NCBI GenBank assembly: GCA_001275005.1
Contig: JWZX01003186.1
Coordinates: 1 to 47,540 of the forward strand
Reading direction: 5' to 3'
Source of the DNA: Chrysochromulina tobinii
Lineage: Eukaryota
DNA: 47,540 bases
This document shows positions 1 to 13,800 of this stretch, one piece after another (the first letter of the stretch is position 1; each line of letters opens with the position of its first letter). A model generated the notes under the pieces. That model was not told the origin of the DNA and ran no database searches. It saw only the letters and a program-made list of their open reading frames with translations. Made by a program: the position numbers and the translations under genes.

Positions 1-1
1 C

Positions 2-1225
2 CCGCCCCTCCCCCCCCCCCCTCCTTCCCCTCCGTCTCCATCACCTTCGCCTCGGCCGTCCTCGCCACTGCCGCCCTCGCCACCACCGCCCGCACTGCCG
101 CCCGCACTGCCGCCACCCGCGCTGCCGCCGCCCTTTCCCCCTCTGAGCTTCAGCGTCAGCTTCTCTGTCGCTGTCGCTGACGCGGATCTTGCTTCGATTT
201 CGCCTGCCGGCTTTGGTGCCGCGGCACTGGCGGCAACGCAATCCTCGATATATGGCAGCGCGCCAAATTCGATGACCGTCTCAGCCATTATCAGCGACAC
301 GCATCGCATCGGCATGTCCATCGGAGCGCTCAACATGAATGTGCCGTTGAATCGATCCGCACTCGTCCACGCTGTCGTGGGCAGCCTGTGCTCTGGGCTG
401 GTGGGTACCTGCGAAGTGTCTATCGTGGCGCAGCGTCGTCGCGTCCTTAGCTCGCACAACATGACACATCCGCCGCCAGCAGTGCTCTTGGAAGCTCAGC
501 GGACGTACGACTACGCGGCGAGTGCGTCGCAGACCAATCTGAGCGCCTCGAGTTCGGATGTGATTGCCGCTGGCGTGGCCAGCCTCGGCGTGACGGTCAA
601 CTCAGTGGCACTCACCGGTCTTGCGGTGACGATCACTGTGACGGAGATGGGTCCTGTGACCGAGAGCAACTTGGCGGGTCTGCTCGAAGGGGGCGCCGTC
701 GCCTCGAGCTTCGCGGCACAGCTGCCGACGCTCAGGCTCAATGTGAGCGCGCCAGTCATCCTCGCGCCCCCGCTTCCGCCGCCCGCCCTGCCTCCACCAA
801 TTGTGACGGTCGCTCTCATTCCAGCACTGGCATTTGCGCCCTCCTTGATTGGGGAGGGCAACACGAGCAGCATGGTCGCGACCATCGCATCTACTTTCGC
901 CGCCGTCGCAGTTGCCATTGTGGTCTTGCTCATCAGCTGTCAGATTCGCGCGTCTTGCATCTCCATCAGGCGGCACGAAGAACCTCCTGTCAAGCCGCCG
1001 GAGACGAGAGGAGCAAGAATGGCATCTGTTGAGATCACTCTCGCGCTGGGCGCACGAGCCGCTCAGTCGACGATGTCCAGCGTCGGGCCTTCCTCATGCG
1101 GTACCGTTATCGACGAGATGGAGATGGAGATGGAGATGGAGGTCTTCGAGATGGAGCAACAGCTGCGCAGGGAGCGCGAGCCGCAGGAGCTCGCGATGTC
1201 GCGCGTAACCATTCTCAGAGTCTAA
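2..1225 (+). CDS. Proline-rich single-pass membrane/surface protein, 5' end outside the window
   Basis: The frame is open from position 2 (PPLPPPPPSPPSPSPSP...) into the listed 272..1225 ORF. It has a second Pro-rich tract (APPLPPPALPPP) and a hydrophobic TM-like segment (VATIASTFAAVAVAIVVLLISC) followed by a basic tail. Confidence 0.7.
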   Translation, partial: PPLPPPPPSPPSPSPSPRPSSPLPPSPPPPALPPALPPPALPPPFPPLSFSVSFSVAVADADLASISPAGFGAAALAATQSSIYGSAPNSMTVSAIISDTHRIGMSIGALNMNVPLNRSALVHAVVGSLCSGLVGTCEVSIVAQRRRVLSSHNMTHPPPAVLLEAQRTYDYAASASQTNLSASSSDVIAAGVASLGVTVNSVALTGLAVTITVTEMGPVTESNLAGLLEGGAVASSFAAQLPTLRLNVSAPVILAPPLPPPALPPPIVTVALIPALAFAPSLIGEGNTSSMVATIASTFAAVAVAIVVLLISCQIRASCISIRRHEEPPVKPPETRGARMASVEITLALGARAAQSTMSSVGPSSCGTVIDEMEMEMEMEVFEMEQQLRREREPQELAMSRVTILRV

Positions 1226-1864
1226 GAGATTGAGAGGTCGCCCCGTGGGAAGAATGCGCAACATCGAGGACGCACCACGACATTGTTCAACTGAGACAAC
1301 GTCGTCCTCCTCGTGCTATTGAGTACTGTATCGCTGCAGTATCGTTGTGTCCCACCGTGTCGCTCGGGTCAAGCGCCGAGGCGCGACCGCCCGGACCGTC
1401 GTCCCGTGCGCCCGGCCGGGGGGCGGGGCCGCGGACCGGACGGGGACGCGAACCCGCGCGGCGACGGCCGGAACCCGCCGCTCGGCCGGCCCGGGACGCG
1501 GGCCAAGTGGTAAGTGAATAGTACGGAGGGACGCACGCCACGCCAGGATCGAGTATATTTTAAGTATTCGATTTAGATCACACTGCACAGCGTATACGCA
1601 CACACCTTCGAGCCGCCAGCCGTTATACGCGTTCGCGAGCCTGGATCCTGGGTTCGGAGCCGCCTGCCGTTACCCCGTTAGCCTCAAGTGCGGAAGTGGT
1701 GGGCGCAGCACCTCGCGGATGTGCTATGATTACGCTGCGGTCCCAGTCGCCTGTCCGACGCACGCCCTCGCCCTCGGCCACACCCCTGAGCGGGTTTCCC
1801 CGCTTCTCGCCCACGATGCCATCACCGTCAAGGTAAGGCGCGTCGGCCTTCCCCCCTTCTCTGT

Positions 1865-4800
1865 CTAATCGGGCTGGAACAGCATGCAGACGGAGGCGAG
1901 GATCCACTTGTTTGGATCCACGTTTGTGCGCAGCGGCGCGGGCAGAATGTGCGTCGGGCCACGAATGGTGGTCGTGTACATCGGGCACATGTACCGGCCC
2001 GCGGTGATCACGTTCTTCGCCTCGATGCCCGTAAAGTGGATGACGGGCATCCATGGGTAGAGATCCTTGGGGAACGAGTCGGTGACCGAGTTGAGTGCCA
2101 CGTCCCATCGAGCGCCCTCCATGAAGTAGCCGTGGCAGAAGACGCCGTCCTCGGGCTGCCTCTCGATGCCGGCCGAGGACTCGACCTTCCAGCCGCCCAT
2201 CGGCAACGAGGCAGTCAGCACCTCCGAGTGCACGCGCATTGCGTCGAGCGAGAAGCCATTCGCGCGCGAGGTCACCTGCGTCATCGCCGTGAGGAAGCCC
2301 ATCGCGTTGAAGCAACCGCCGAGCCACACCGAGGGCGGCGGCTCCTCGAGCGGTCCCGAACACCGCTCGGCGCTCGACCAAATTTCGAGCTGCAGCCAGC
2401 GCAGCGTCAGGTCGGCGTACCACGAGGAGAGGGACTTCTTGTTGTACGAGCCGGTGGGCCCGATCTGGCCGCACGTCTTGAGCCAGTTGGGCGGCACCAG
2501 GTTCATGAACATGGCGGTGATGAGCGCGTCCATCGCGTCCGAGATGTTGAGCGCACCCGCAAGGCCGAGGCCGAGCTCAACGAGCTGCGTGCGCATCGCT
2601 GTCAGGATCTTGTTCATGCGCTCGAGCTCGCCTAGCACGAAGACGACGTACGGCGAGCCCTTATCCTTGATAAGCATTCGGATCGCGATCATCTGGAAGT
2701 CCTCGCGCAGGGCCGTGATTGCGCCGCTGCCTTCGAGGATGGACGTCTGCAGCGCGCCTACCTTCTCCTCCTTGGAGGCGCCACCGCCACCGCCGCCGCC
2801 GCCCGAGATCGAGAGGATCGTGAAGAAGAGGTTGTCGCACAGGTTGTTGAGCAACGAGATCTCGGCGTTCGGGTGCATGCCGAAGAGCAGCGGCGACTCG
2901 GGCGGCGACGCCTCCTCGACGTAGATCTTGTAGTCCTCGTACTCGCCCTCGAGCAGCGGGCGCAGGCCGGGAGCGAGCATGAAGTCGGTGTGCTCGTCGA
3001 CCAGATTCGGGTTGAGGAGCACTGCGAGGTACGTGACGGCGATGCGCCGGTCGTACGGGTCGGTGATGTGCCCGCCGTACATGACCTCGCCCACGAGGTA
3101 ACGCACGTCGGCCCACGGCGTGGCGATCTCGTTGGCCTCGAGGTAGTTCTGGAGGATCGCGCCGCACACGAGCAAGTCGCCGCTGTTGAAGGCGTACGAG
3201 CGCGAGAAGCCCATGGTGCTGAACTTGCGCCGGCCGAGCACGAGCGCGTGGAAGAAGGTGAGCGCAAAGAGCATCGGCCGGTGAGCGAGCGGCTTGGTCG
3301 ACTTATCGAAGTCGGCCTGGCTGAACATGGCCCACGAGAGGCGCACGTTCGACTGCACGTCGGTGGGCGGCTCGTTGGCCACCTTGATGGCCGACTGCAT
3401 GATGCCCTCGGGAATGAGCATGAACGTGGGCAAGCCGGGCGGCTCGGCGGTCACGAAGCAGCGGAAGTTCTCGTGCCCGATCTCGGCAGCGATCTCGAGC
3501 TTGCGCTCAAGCATTGGCAGCCAGCCCTGCATGAGGTGGACGTTCTGCAGGAAAGCCCAGCCGCCCTCGCGCGTGAAGCGGTCGAGCACATTCTCGCCGT
3601 TCTTCTCCTGGCCCTGGCCCATCGAAATGGAGACGAAGTTGCCCTGCAGGTCGGTGTAGCCGAGCTTCTTGCCCAGAGCCTCAATCTCATCGCCGGGGTC
3701 GACACCAGGGAAGAGCACGAAGAAGAGCGGCGTCTGGTACGTCGAGTCGATGAAGGTGTCCTCGAGGTCAAAGGGCGGCTGAATCATGAAGCGGTCGCCC
3801 AGGTAAGTCTTGATGAAGTTGGTGAGCGCGGCGGTCATGCGATCTGTGCGCAGGGCGCGGATGATGCACAGCTTCTGGAAGCCCGAGGTCTTCTTGAGCC
3901 AGTCGCCCGGCAGGTCCTCGCTCTCAGGCTTCGGGTGCTCGACGAACTCGCGCCATGCCTCCACATTGAGCTCGAGGTCCTCGGGCAACGATTTGAAGAA
4001 TTCGATCTCTTTGAGCGCATGGACACCAGCCCACTGCTGGATGGTCAGGTACTCCTGCACCTTGGCCGTCATCGGCGGCGGGTTGGGGACGCGGGGGCCC
4101 GAGACGAGGTAGTCGACTGTGTCGCCCTGCACCTCGTTGCGGCGTACGAGCACGCGCAGCAGGAGCATCGTCGCGACGATGAGCTTGTGCTTGTCGAAGA
4201 GGCCGCGGCGCGAGTAGTTGAAGACCTCAAATGTGATATTGTCCACGAGGTAGATGAGGCGCTCGTCGAGCTCCTTACGGAGCTGCTTGGCGTCCTTCAC
4301 ATTGTCGCCCGCAGCTGCGGCCGCCGCCTCCTTCTCCTTGAGCCTTTTGAGCTTGAGCTTGGGCATGATCATGTTGTCGCCATTGTCATCCTCCCAGTCG
4401 TCGCCCGGCAACTTGCGCCCGGCGATGGCGCGCTGGAAGACGATGTTGAACGAGGCGAGCGAATAGAAGTGGAAAGTGTGCACCTTGAACAGGTCCGAGA
4501 GCAGGAAGAACATGAGCGCGCCGCGATTGGCCACCGGACGGTACATCTCCGAGGCCTCGATCATGACCACCTCGGTCTGCTTGGCGATGATAATCTTCTC
4601 GCCCACCTCAATCGAGGTGGCCTTCGAGTCTTCGAGGTTCTCGATGAGCTCAATGTTCTCGGTCACGTCGCCTTCAGCCTCGGCGAGCTGCTTGAGGATG
4701 CCCGCCTCGAGCTCGGAGAGCTTGATCTTGAAGCCGTTCTGCTGCGCGATCAAGTCTGCCTTGAGCTGCGCCAGGTCGGGGCGCTCGAGCTTGACGGCCA

Positions 4801-7800
4801 CGTCGAGCAACTGGTCCTCGAGGCCGTCCTCGGTGACCATGAAGTTGACGAGCGTCGTCTCGGCCTGGATCTCGGGCGGGTAGTGCGGGTTCGAGAGCTT
4901 CGTCTGCAGGTAGAGCTTGAAGTTGGGCGAGTAGTCCACCTCCTTGTCGCCGAGCTTGACAATCTGGTTGCGCCCGCGCTTGATCGTCTGGCGGCCAATG
5001 ACCGGGCTCAGCACAGCGTCGACGACCAGCTGGATGTTCTCGATCATGCACGGAGAGCCACTCTCGATGCACGAGCCGAGAACGGTCATGATCGTCTTCT
5101 GGCCGAGGCGCACCACCTTCAAGCCGCGCTTCTCCTCGTGCTTCTTGATCCACTTGATGCCCTGCAGCTGCGGGTCGATCATTAGCGGCCAGCGCGCGCA
5201 GCTGGTGACGATGGCGCCGTTCTCCGTCGACACAGGGTCGGCGGGTAGCTGCTCGTTGTTCCAGCCGGCTACCTGCGAAGGCGTCGTGAGCACGGAGAGC
5301 GGGTTCATGCCCTTTTCGGACATGGGCACGCCACCCTTGGCCGAGGCGACATCGCCCTTCAGGTAGGGTAAGAAGGTCTGCTGCATCAGCGAGATGCGGA
5401 AGCGCTTGTTAAAACACCCGATGTACGAGACGAATGCCGAGGCGAGCAGCACGTCACCCACAAGAATGTTCAACTCGATGCCAAAGTCGATGATGCCCTG
5501 CTTCCAGCGCGCGCCCTCGGAGCCAAGCGCCGCCATCAGACGCTGCGCGAGGCCGAGCTTGCGCTCGCAGCGCTCCGCGTCGGCGAGCACTGCCTCCTTC
5601 TCGGCGACGGCGGCCGCGAATTGCGCCTCGAGCTCAGCGACCGTTGCCTCGGCGGTGGCCTTGGCCGCGAGCGCCGCGTTCTTGGCTGCGACGGCCGTGT
5701 CGAGCTCCGCGGTGGCCTGGAGCGCCTGCAGACGCATGGGCTCGACATTCTCGTTGATGTCGTTGTAGACGTTGATGTTGATGATGAAGTCAGTCAGGCC
5801 GGCGGCCGCATTCGACTTCTTGCGCTGGATGTCGACGTTGAAGTGCTCGAGTTTGAGCAGGTCCTGGATGTTGGCAAAGTTGGACTTGGGTAGCTCGCCA
5901 CTGTCGATGCGAGCCTTGAAGCCCAGCATGGTCGCAAGGAATTGGGGTGGCGGCGACATCATCGCCACCGCTGCCTTCCAGCTCGTGTCAATCTTCTTGA
6001 AGGGCATGTCTTTGGTCTGCAGCAAGCAGATGCACGCGGCGGTCACGTCCTCGACGCCCGAGGGCGGCTTCTTGAGCGCCTTGAGCTCGCCGAGATCCTT
6101 GACGTTCAGACCCTCGAGCGCGGCCGCGGCGGCGACAAGCGCGGGCTCGGCCGCCGCCAGCTTGACCTCAATGCCGGCCTTCATCTCAAGCACCTCCTTC
6201 TCCTTGATCGTGGCGGCGGAGGCGATCTTGTTCGCCTTGGAGGCCTCCTCGCCAGCCTTGGCCTTCTCCTCCTCGAGTTTGGGGATCATTGCGTCACATT
6301 CGGCCTTCTTCGCCTCGACCTCGACGGCCTTGACCTTGAGGTTCTCCTCGAGCACGGCCACTGACGCGGCGGTCGACTCGAGCTTTATCACGCCGTTCGT
6401 GAGGCGCGTAATGTTCGCCTGGGTAGCATCTCGCCGCTTGGCGAGCATCGACTTGTAGAGTGCGATCAGCTCGAGGAAGGACTTGGGCGTCGTGTAGTTG
6501 AAGCGGCGCTCCTGCGACTCGTAGAGCTCAGAAATCTTGTTCACGGCGATGAAGGAGTACGGCATGAAGTTCTGGATGTTGTTGCGTGATTCGTCCGAGC
6601 CTAGGTCGACTTCGGCGAGGAATTTCTTCGACACCGAGTTGAGCGCCTCCTCGGGCCACGGCTGGAACCAGTCGATGACGACGCAGTTGACCAGCGCGGG
6701 GAAGCGACGCGTGCGCACCTTGATCGGCTCGCCGATGGGGCTGAAGCACAGAATAACGTGCAGATTGTCGCGCACCGTGTTGATGAATGCGTCCCAGCAG
6801 TTGTCGCGCGTGTCGGGCAGGCCGGCGCGCTTGACGACGGGGCGCATGTTGTTGATGATGTCGTCCATGTCCTCAGCGGGGAAGAGGCCCGGGATGTTGC
6901 CGGACGAGAGCAAGTCGTTCATGAACACGAGGAAGCGCTCGTCAGCGATCTGCTGGTCGGTGAAGATGAACGAGATGCCCTCACCCTTGAGCCCCGACTT
7001 CTTGTACATTGTCTGCAAGTCTGCCTTGAGGTCGTTGACCGAGTAGCGCGCAGTGATCACGACTTGGAACGCCGAGAAGCCGTTGACAAAGGTGGCGAGG
7101 CGCGCGAGCGACTGCTTGCCCATGCCGCCGACACCGACCATGAGCGCGTGGCCGCCGCTGCTCTCGATGATGCGCGAAATGCGGCACACGTGGCGCATGG
7201 CGTCCTCGAAGAGCACGAGGTTCATCGCGGCGTTGGTCTCGTTGTACTCGGCGAGCGCGCCGTTGAGCAGGCCTGACAGGTCGGGGAAGCTCGCAACCTT
7301 GTCGTAGATCTTGTCGCCCACGCCCTGCGCAAAGTGGCAGAAGATGAGCGGGTTGCAGAAGAGATTCGGGCCCGACAGCTCCTTGAAGAACTTGGTGGCC
7401 TGCTCCTTGGCGCAATCCTGGTACTTCTTCAGGTCCGAAGTGCTCACGAGACGGTCGCCGTACACGCGCTCGGACTCGTGTAGCCAGAGCTGCGCAAGCT
7501 TGAGCGGCTCGGTGACCTGGCCGGCCTGGCCCATGAGCATGCCCTGGAAGACACCCGCCATGTGGCGCACGTTGAACTCGTAGTGGAAGTTGGTGGCCGT
7601 CTTGCGGAAGGTGCGCATCACCGCCTTGTGCAGCTGCAGTGCTGCCTGCACGAGCGGCTTGCCTGCCTCCTGGCACTCCGGGGTGAACTTGGAGAGGTGG
7701 CCCATGAGGAAGGTTTGGTAGATGGTCGAGAGCGCCTCGCTCGAGGGGAAGCCGACGGCGTACGTGGCAAAGAGGCGCTGCAGACGCGGGTTGATGACGA

Positions 7801-10800
7801 ACGAGCCCGCGGTTGGGTTCATGGCAGAGAGGTACTGCGTGTTGAGCAGCACTTTCTCCGTCAACTTGTTCAGGTCGTAGATGTGGCCGTAGCCCGCGTG
7901 CTGGCGCATGAGCGAGATGTTCGAGGCGGTGCCATAGTTGTCGAGCGCCGCCATGTTGAGATCGTCCACGAAGTAGATGAGCTTCTTGTTTCCGGGCGGG
8001 CCAAAGTTCTTACCCGCCTTCTTTTCGAGCGGCGCCTCGATGACCTTCGAGAACAAGTTAGCGTTCGTGAAGTACGAGATGTTGATGGTGAGCGAACCGA
8101 ACTCATCGGGCAGGCTGCGCAGCTTGCCGTTGATCATGGCGGTCTTGCCGCAGCCGGCCGAGCCGATGAGCATCATGCCGAACTTGTTCGGGAGGAGCTG
8201 GTCGAGCCAGAAGGAGATGGCGACCGTCTCCATGGTGGGCACGGTCACAACCGACATCTTGGTTGTAGCCGAGTCGAACGCCAGCTCGGGCACCACGTCG
8301 GACCACGAGGCGAAGTCCTTCTTTGCCTTGTCGACGTAGACGTCGAAGACCTCGCCGCGGTGCGGGAACTTGATCGTCTTGTACGTGTCCTTCCAGTACT
8401 GCGAAAACTTCTTGCGATAATCGACGCCGCTCGTGATCGACATGGCGCCGCCAAAGGCCCACACGGCGGAGAAGACAAAGTAGATCTCCATCATCTCAGC
8501 GTCCTTAGTGCCCAGGTTCTCGACGGTCCAGAGCGCCTGCAAAAAGTTGGTGATCGCCTGCACCATGCCGAAGTCGAGCAGTGGCGTCACGTGCTTGTAG
8601 TTGAGCGAGAGCTCAAGCAGCGTCGGCGCACAGTACCTGGCGAAGAGCTCCTCGGCCTTGGCCTTGCGCGCCTTGCGCGCCTCGCCCTTGACGGAGACTG
8701 GCTCCTCGGCCGACCACCAATCAATCCACGACTGCACGTAGTTCTTCCACTGCGCCAAGTCCGAGATGTAGAGCACGCCCGCGCGCGTGACGGTCGCGGG
8801 CGACGCGAACAAGAGGTCACGGATTTCGAAGATGAGCTTCATGTTCTGCAGCACACGGATGCGCTCGTTGGAGGCGAGCGTGAGAAGACGGTTGTCGTCC
8901 ATCACCGAGTTCATGTTCTCGATCCAGTTGGCATCGAGGTCACCGTCGAGGATGAGCCACTTCGGGTTGGAGTCGGTCGCGTTCTGCATGTCACGCATCG
9001 TCGACGAGAGCAGGCCATCCTTCCACTCGCGCGTGGCCATGTTGATGAAGCCGTACAGCTCGTTGGGCGTGATGGCCTTCGGGTTGAGGTCCTTCCACAC
9101 AGTCTTGCCCATCTTGCCGCCCTTGGTCCACACGCGCGCGAGCGTCTGCCACGACATCGACTTGTTCGAGCCCGACAGGCCAATGCAGAAGACCGAATGG
9201 CGCAGGAAGAGCAGGTCCTGCAAGTCGACCACATTAGCGATGAAGTAAGCCTCCGGCTGCAGCATTGGTGGGAAGCGCGAGCCCATGACACCACCGCCTC
9301 CCAAGCGCCCACTCGTGTCGAGCTCCGTAGCCGTATCCGCGATGAGCTTCTCGAATTCATAGTCGCGCATGCGGGGCATGAGGTCGAAGACGTCGCCGAA
9401 GAGGTCCTTGATGAGACCCATGAAGACGATCGCGTCGTCGCCCGCAATCTTGGAGAGGTTGAAGTCGCGCAGCGCGCGCATGAGCAGGCCCTGCTCATAG
9501 ACGTCAGGGAAGAGTCCCTTCTTGCCAGGGCCGTTGGGTCCGTCGCGCTTAAGGTGCGCCGGCATGGTCGGCCCATCGACGGAGGAGAGCATATTCTTCT
9601 CGGCACGGAGGAAGGCGCCCGCGACCTTGAGCACCGAGCCGATGGCGCGCAGGCCCCAGTCATAGTGCAGCTGCTTGCCGGGTGGCGACGGGTTTCCACC
9701 GAGCAAGTCGCCCGAGAGCTTGTACAGCGTGTAAAACTTCTTGCCGAGCTCGGCGGCGGTCGTGTAGCCCTCGGACATGAGCATGTTCTCCATGATGAGC
9801 TGGAAGTCGGGGACCATCACAGTCACGGGGCGGAAGAGCACCTTGAGCGACTCGGGCAGCTCCTGGCGCCCAAGGTAGCCGGGGTTCATCGTGATGAACG
9901 ACATGCAGCCGTCGTAGTGCAGGTAGAGCTCGACGCCAATGAAGCGGAACGTGTTGCCGCCCGCACGCATGCCATCGAGGCAGCACTTCCACTGGATGGT
10001 GCACACCGAGAGCACCTCGGCTGCGAGCCGGTTGAACTCGTCGAAGCAGCCCCACGAGCCCGACGAGGCTAGGCCCTTGAAGATGTCGTTCATGGTGAGG
10101 TAGTCCATCTCGGGGCCGCAGTTGAACACGTACACCGTCTTGCCGAGCTGGGCGGAGAGATCCTTGGTCGACTCGGTTTTGCCGGTGCCGGCGGGGCCCT
10201 GCGGCGCGCAGCCGAGGATCAAGTGCGCCGACTGCGTGGCGGTGATGTAGATGCGATCGGTGAGCGGCGTGATCACGAGGCGGCCCGCGCAGCCGAGGTA
10301 CTCGAACGAGTAGCGGAAAAGGGCGTCGCAGATGTACAGCACAGCGTCGACCGCCTCGCCCCTGTCGAGCTCCGGGTTTTGACCGCCGTGGCCCACGTGC
10401 TTCTCCCAGCGCGTCTTGAGCTGGCCGAGCCACTCGAAGTGGTCGGGGCGGTCGACACCCATGACGTCGAGTTTGTAGTTGATGTCACGCGAGTGGGCCT
10501 CGAGGGTGATCACGTTCATCGCGGCGCGGCGGTGGAGCTTCTGAAGCTCGCCCTGCACCATGGTGATCACGCCGGAGAGCATCTCGAGCTGGAACGCGTA
10601 GTACGTCTTGAGCGCACCCGGGTCGCTGCCATCCATGAGCTTGTTGAGCGCGGCATCGGTGCACAGCGTCCACTGCTGCTGCGTCGTCACGAGCGAGAGC
10701 TGCGCGATGTGGTTGTTGCAGATCCACGTCGGGCGGTCGTCGCCGTTCTTGCCGGTGGTGTAGTAGTCATCGATGGCCTTGCCGAGCTGCGCGCGCATCT

Positions 10801-13800
10801 CGTTGCGCATCTTGTCGATGAGCTGGTTGAAGTAGTTCTCCACCTTGCCGTTGAGCGTGAGGGTGCCGAGGTTGTTCATCTTGCACTTCTCGCCCTCGTT
10901 GGAGGTGAACGAGATCACGGAGCGCTCCTCGCCGGGCGTTCCCTCGAGCGCGACGCCTGCGACACCCTGGCAGATGGCGTTGATGTTCTTCATCACAACC
11001 CACGGCCGGTTGCCGTTGGACAGGATGTCGAGGAGCATGACCTGGGATGCGAAGTAGAAGCGCGGGAAGATGGCGCGCTTTGCGTCGAGGAAGTCGCTCA
11101 GGGCCTTCTCGCAAAGCTCGAGGTCAGCCGCGACGCCCTCGAGCTGCTTCATGAGCCCCTCCTTGGCGCAGCTAATGACACAGTTCGGGTCCTTCTTGAA
11201 GTGCAGCAAGAGCTCCTTGAAGAGGACGTCAACATTGGCGAAGCGCTCGGCGTCCATGGGCAGCTCCTTCTTCACCTCGTCCGAACCGATGAAGAGGGTC
11301 TCGAGGTACGCCCACTTGCGCTGCGTCTCGGACATCTGGCCGAGCACGTCCGAGACGGCCGAGAGCTTCTTTTGCCAGCCGACGACGAGCGCCTCGAAGG
11401 TGGCGAGGTACTTGGACGCCATCATACCCTGCACCACGAGCTGATTCTCCTCGAGCATCTCAAAATTCTCCTCGGCGAGATTGATTAGGTGCACTTCGAC
11501 ATTGCCCGAGGCCATCTTTGTCTCAAGGCCAAACTTGACCGTAGTCCACGTCTCGGCGAGCTTGCCGAGCGTCTGCTCCATCTTGTCCTCCTTGTTGGCC
11601 TGGTCGACCACCTCGCCGACGTCGTCGACGAACTTGTACAGCTCGAGCCGGAGCATGTCGGCGAGGCAAAAGGCCGGGTCGAACTTGCCATCCGTGACGG
11701 CGATCTGCTTGCCGGTGACTTGCATGAGCCTGGTCCAATGGCGCTGTCGCATCGAGGGCGACTTGAGCTCCGAGATGCACGGAACCGAGACGAGGAAGTT
11801 CTTGATGACCGCATCGATGCCCAAGTAGACGTCCCAGTTGCGCACAGCCTTGTCCATGCCCTTGACGATCTTCTGGAAGGTCTTGGTCTCCTCCTCGAGC
11901 GCGCCGCCGTTGATCTGGTCCCAGAGCAGCTTCTTCCACTCCTCGAGTTGGAAGTTGACCATCTGCTCGAGGTCCCAGAGCGACTTGCACTTGAGCAGGT
12001 CGCCGCGCATGTCAGCCACCTCGGCGCGGATCTTCTCGGTGCGCTCGGGGAACTCGAAGAGGGTGCCCAGATCGACAAGCTTGGAGACTTCGCCCTCGCG
12101 CTCGACGACGAGGACCAGGTGCTCGAGCAGCTTCGCGTACGACTTCTCGGCGCCGTTGTCGATCTTGAAGACGTCGTCGGCAAGCAGCTTCTTGTGGTGC
12201 TTGTCGAGCTCCTCCTCGAGCTTCGCGATTTCGTTCATCACGTTCTTCGCCTCGTCGTCCTGCAGCGGCTTGATCTGCTTGCGCACTATGGGCGCAGCCT
12301 TGGATGCGACGTTGAACTCCTCCTGCACCGAGTCGAGCTTCTTCTGGATCGGTGCGGTCTTGCCCATGTTGTGGAGGATCATGTAGTTTATCGTCTCTTG
12401 CGTCTGGTCGAGAAGGAACTGGATATCGACGCCACGGTCCTTGATGACCTTGAGCGCGGACATGACGTCCTTGAGCTGCCGAATGTCGCCTGGCTGCAGC
12501 GTTGCGCCCTTGTTGAGGTTTTGGTTGGTCTTGATCATCTCCTTGCCCAGGTCCTCGAGCGACTGCTTGACGTACTCGGTCATCGTGTCCTTGAAGTCGC
12601 CTTTTTTCGGGTTGAGCATCGGCGCAATGTCAAGCTTGTCGACGACCTCGAGCATCCCGCCCGCCGGGCCCATCGCCATCGACACGACGACTGGCATCTC
12701 CATGCCGACGATGATGTTGTGGCGCGCCTTGGCGAGCGTGGAGTCAATGCCGCACCGGTAGATGCGCGTCCACAGCTTAGCCTTCATGTCGAGGCTGTAG
12801 ATGTCGTCGTAGTACGTCACATCCTTTGCAGTGGGGTCTGTGCTGCCGCCATAGATGTACAGCTTATCCTTGATGATCTCGAGCTTCCAGCCAAAGCGAG
12901 CCGTGGGCGCGTCGCCGCCGACGCCCTCGATCGACCAGTCCTCTAGCATAGTCTTCGGCCGGAACATGGCGCGCGCGAGCTTCGAGGGCACACCCATCTT
13001 GTTGAGCGTCTCGATGTAGGCGGTGCGCCGCGCGAAGAGGTCCATCTCCTTGACCTCCGACTGCTCAAGCAACGCGGACGACCAGGCGCCCGTCGCCGGG
13101 TCGAGCGTGTAGATCATGTCGGGGATCACCTCGGGCGGCGGCGGCGCATCTGCTCCTCCCTCGGCCGGAGGCGGGGCCGCCTCGGGCGGCGGTGCCTCGG
13201 GCGGCGGTGCCTCCTCCTCGGCGGCGGGCTCTTCATCGGCGGGAGGCTCGGCCTCGGCCTCGCCCTCGGCCGGGGCCTCGGTGGGGGGCGGAGCCTCAAA
13301 CCCAAGCTTCTTGTCGGTGTCGAGGTCGGGGAAGCCCGGGTCCTTGGCAATGTCCTTGACGACCACGTAGATCTTGGCGCCATCGGTGAAGATGCGGACG
13401 TAATCGCGCAGCTTAGCCGGCGTGCCCGAGACCATGACTGACCTCCAGCATCCCTCGAAGTTGATGTTCATCGTGAAGCCGCGCACCGGCGAGAAGTCGA
13501 CGACGTCATCGTACGGGTTCTCGTCCACGCCGAGGGTGACCTGGTACTTGCCAGGGGTCGGCACGTAGTAGCTGATCTCGTACCGACCGTTTTTCAGGTC
13601 GACGATGTTGCCGTTGCCGAAGGGCGTCTCCTCGAGCGGCACGTCCTTGTTGGGCCCCTTGATGGTCAGGTTGATCAGGTCGTTGCCCGTAGAGCGCAGC
13701 TTTCCGCCAATGTCCTTGGCCTGCATGATAAACTTGACCGGCTGGCCCGCCGGGTTATTCTGGAGCAGGCCGGGGCCGAAGGCGATGCAACGCTTGGCCT

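Noticed and set aside
2873..12946. Long plus-strand ORFs (770, 836, 421, 485 aa) opposite the dynein gene
   Set aside because: Antisense shadows caused by strong GC3 codon bias; no recognisable motifs.
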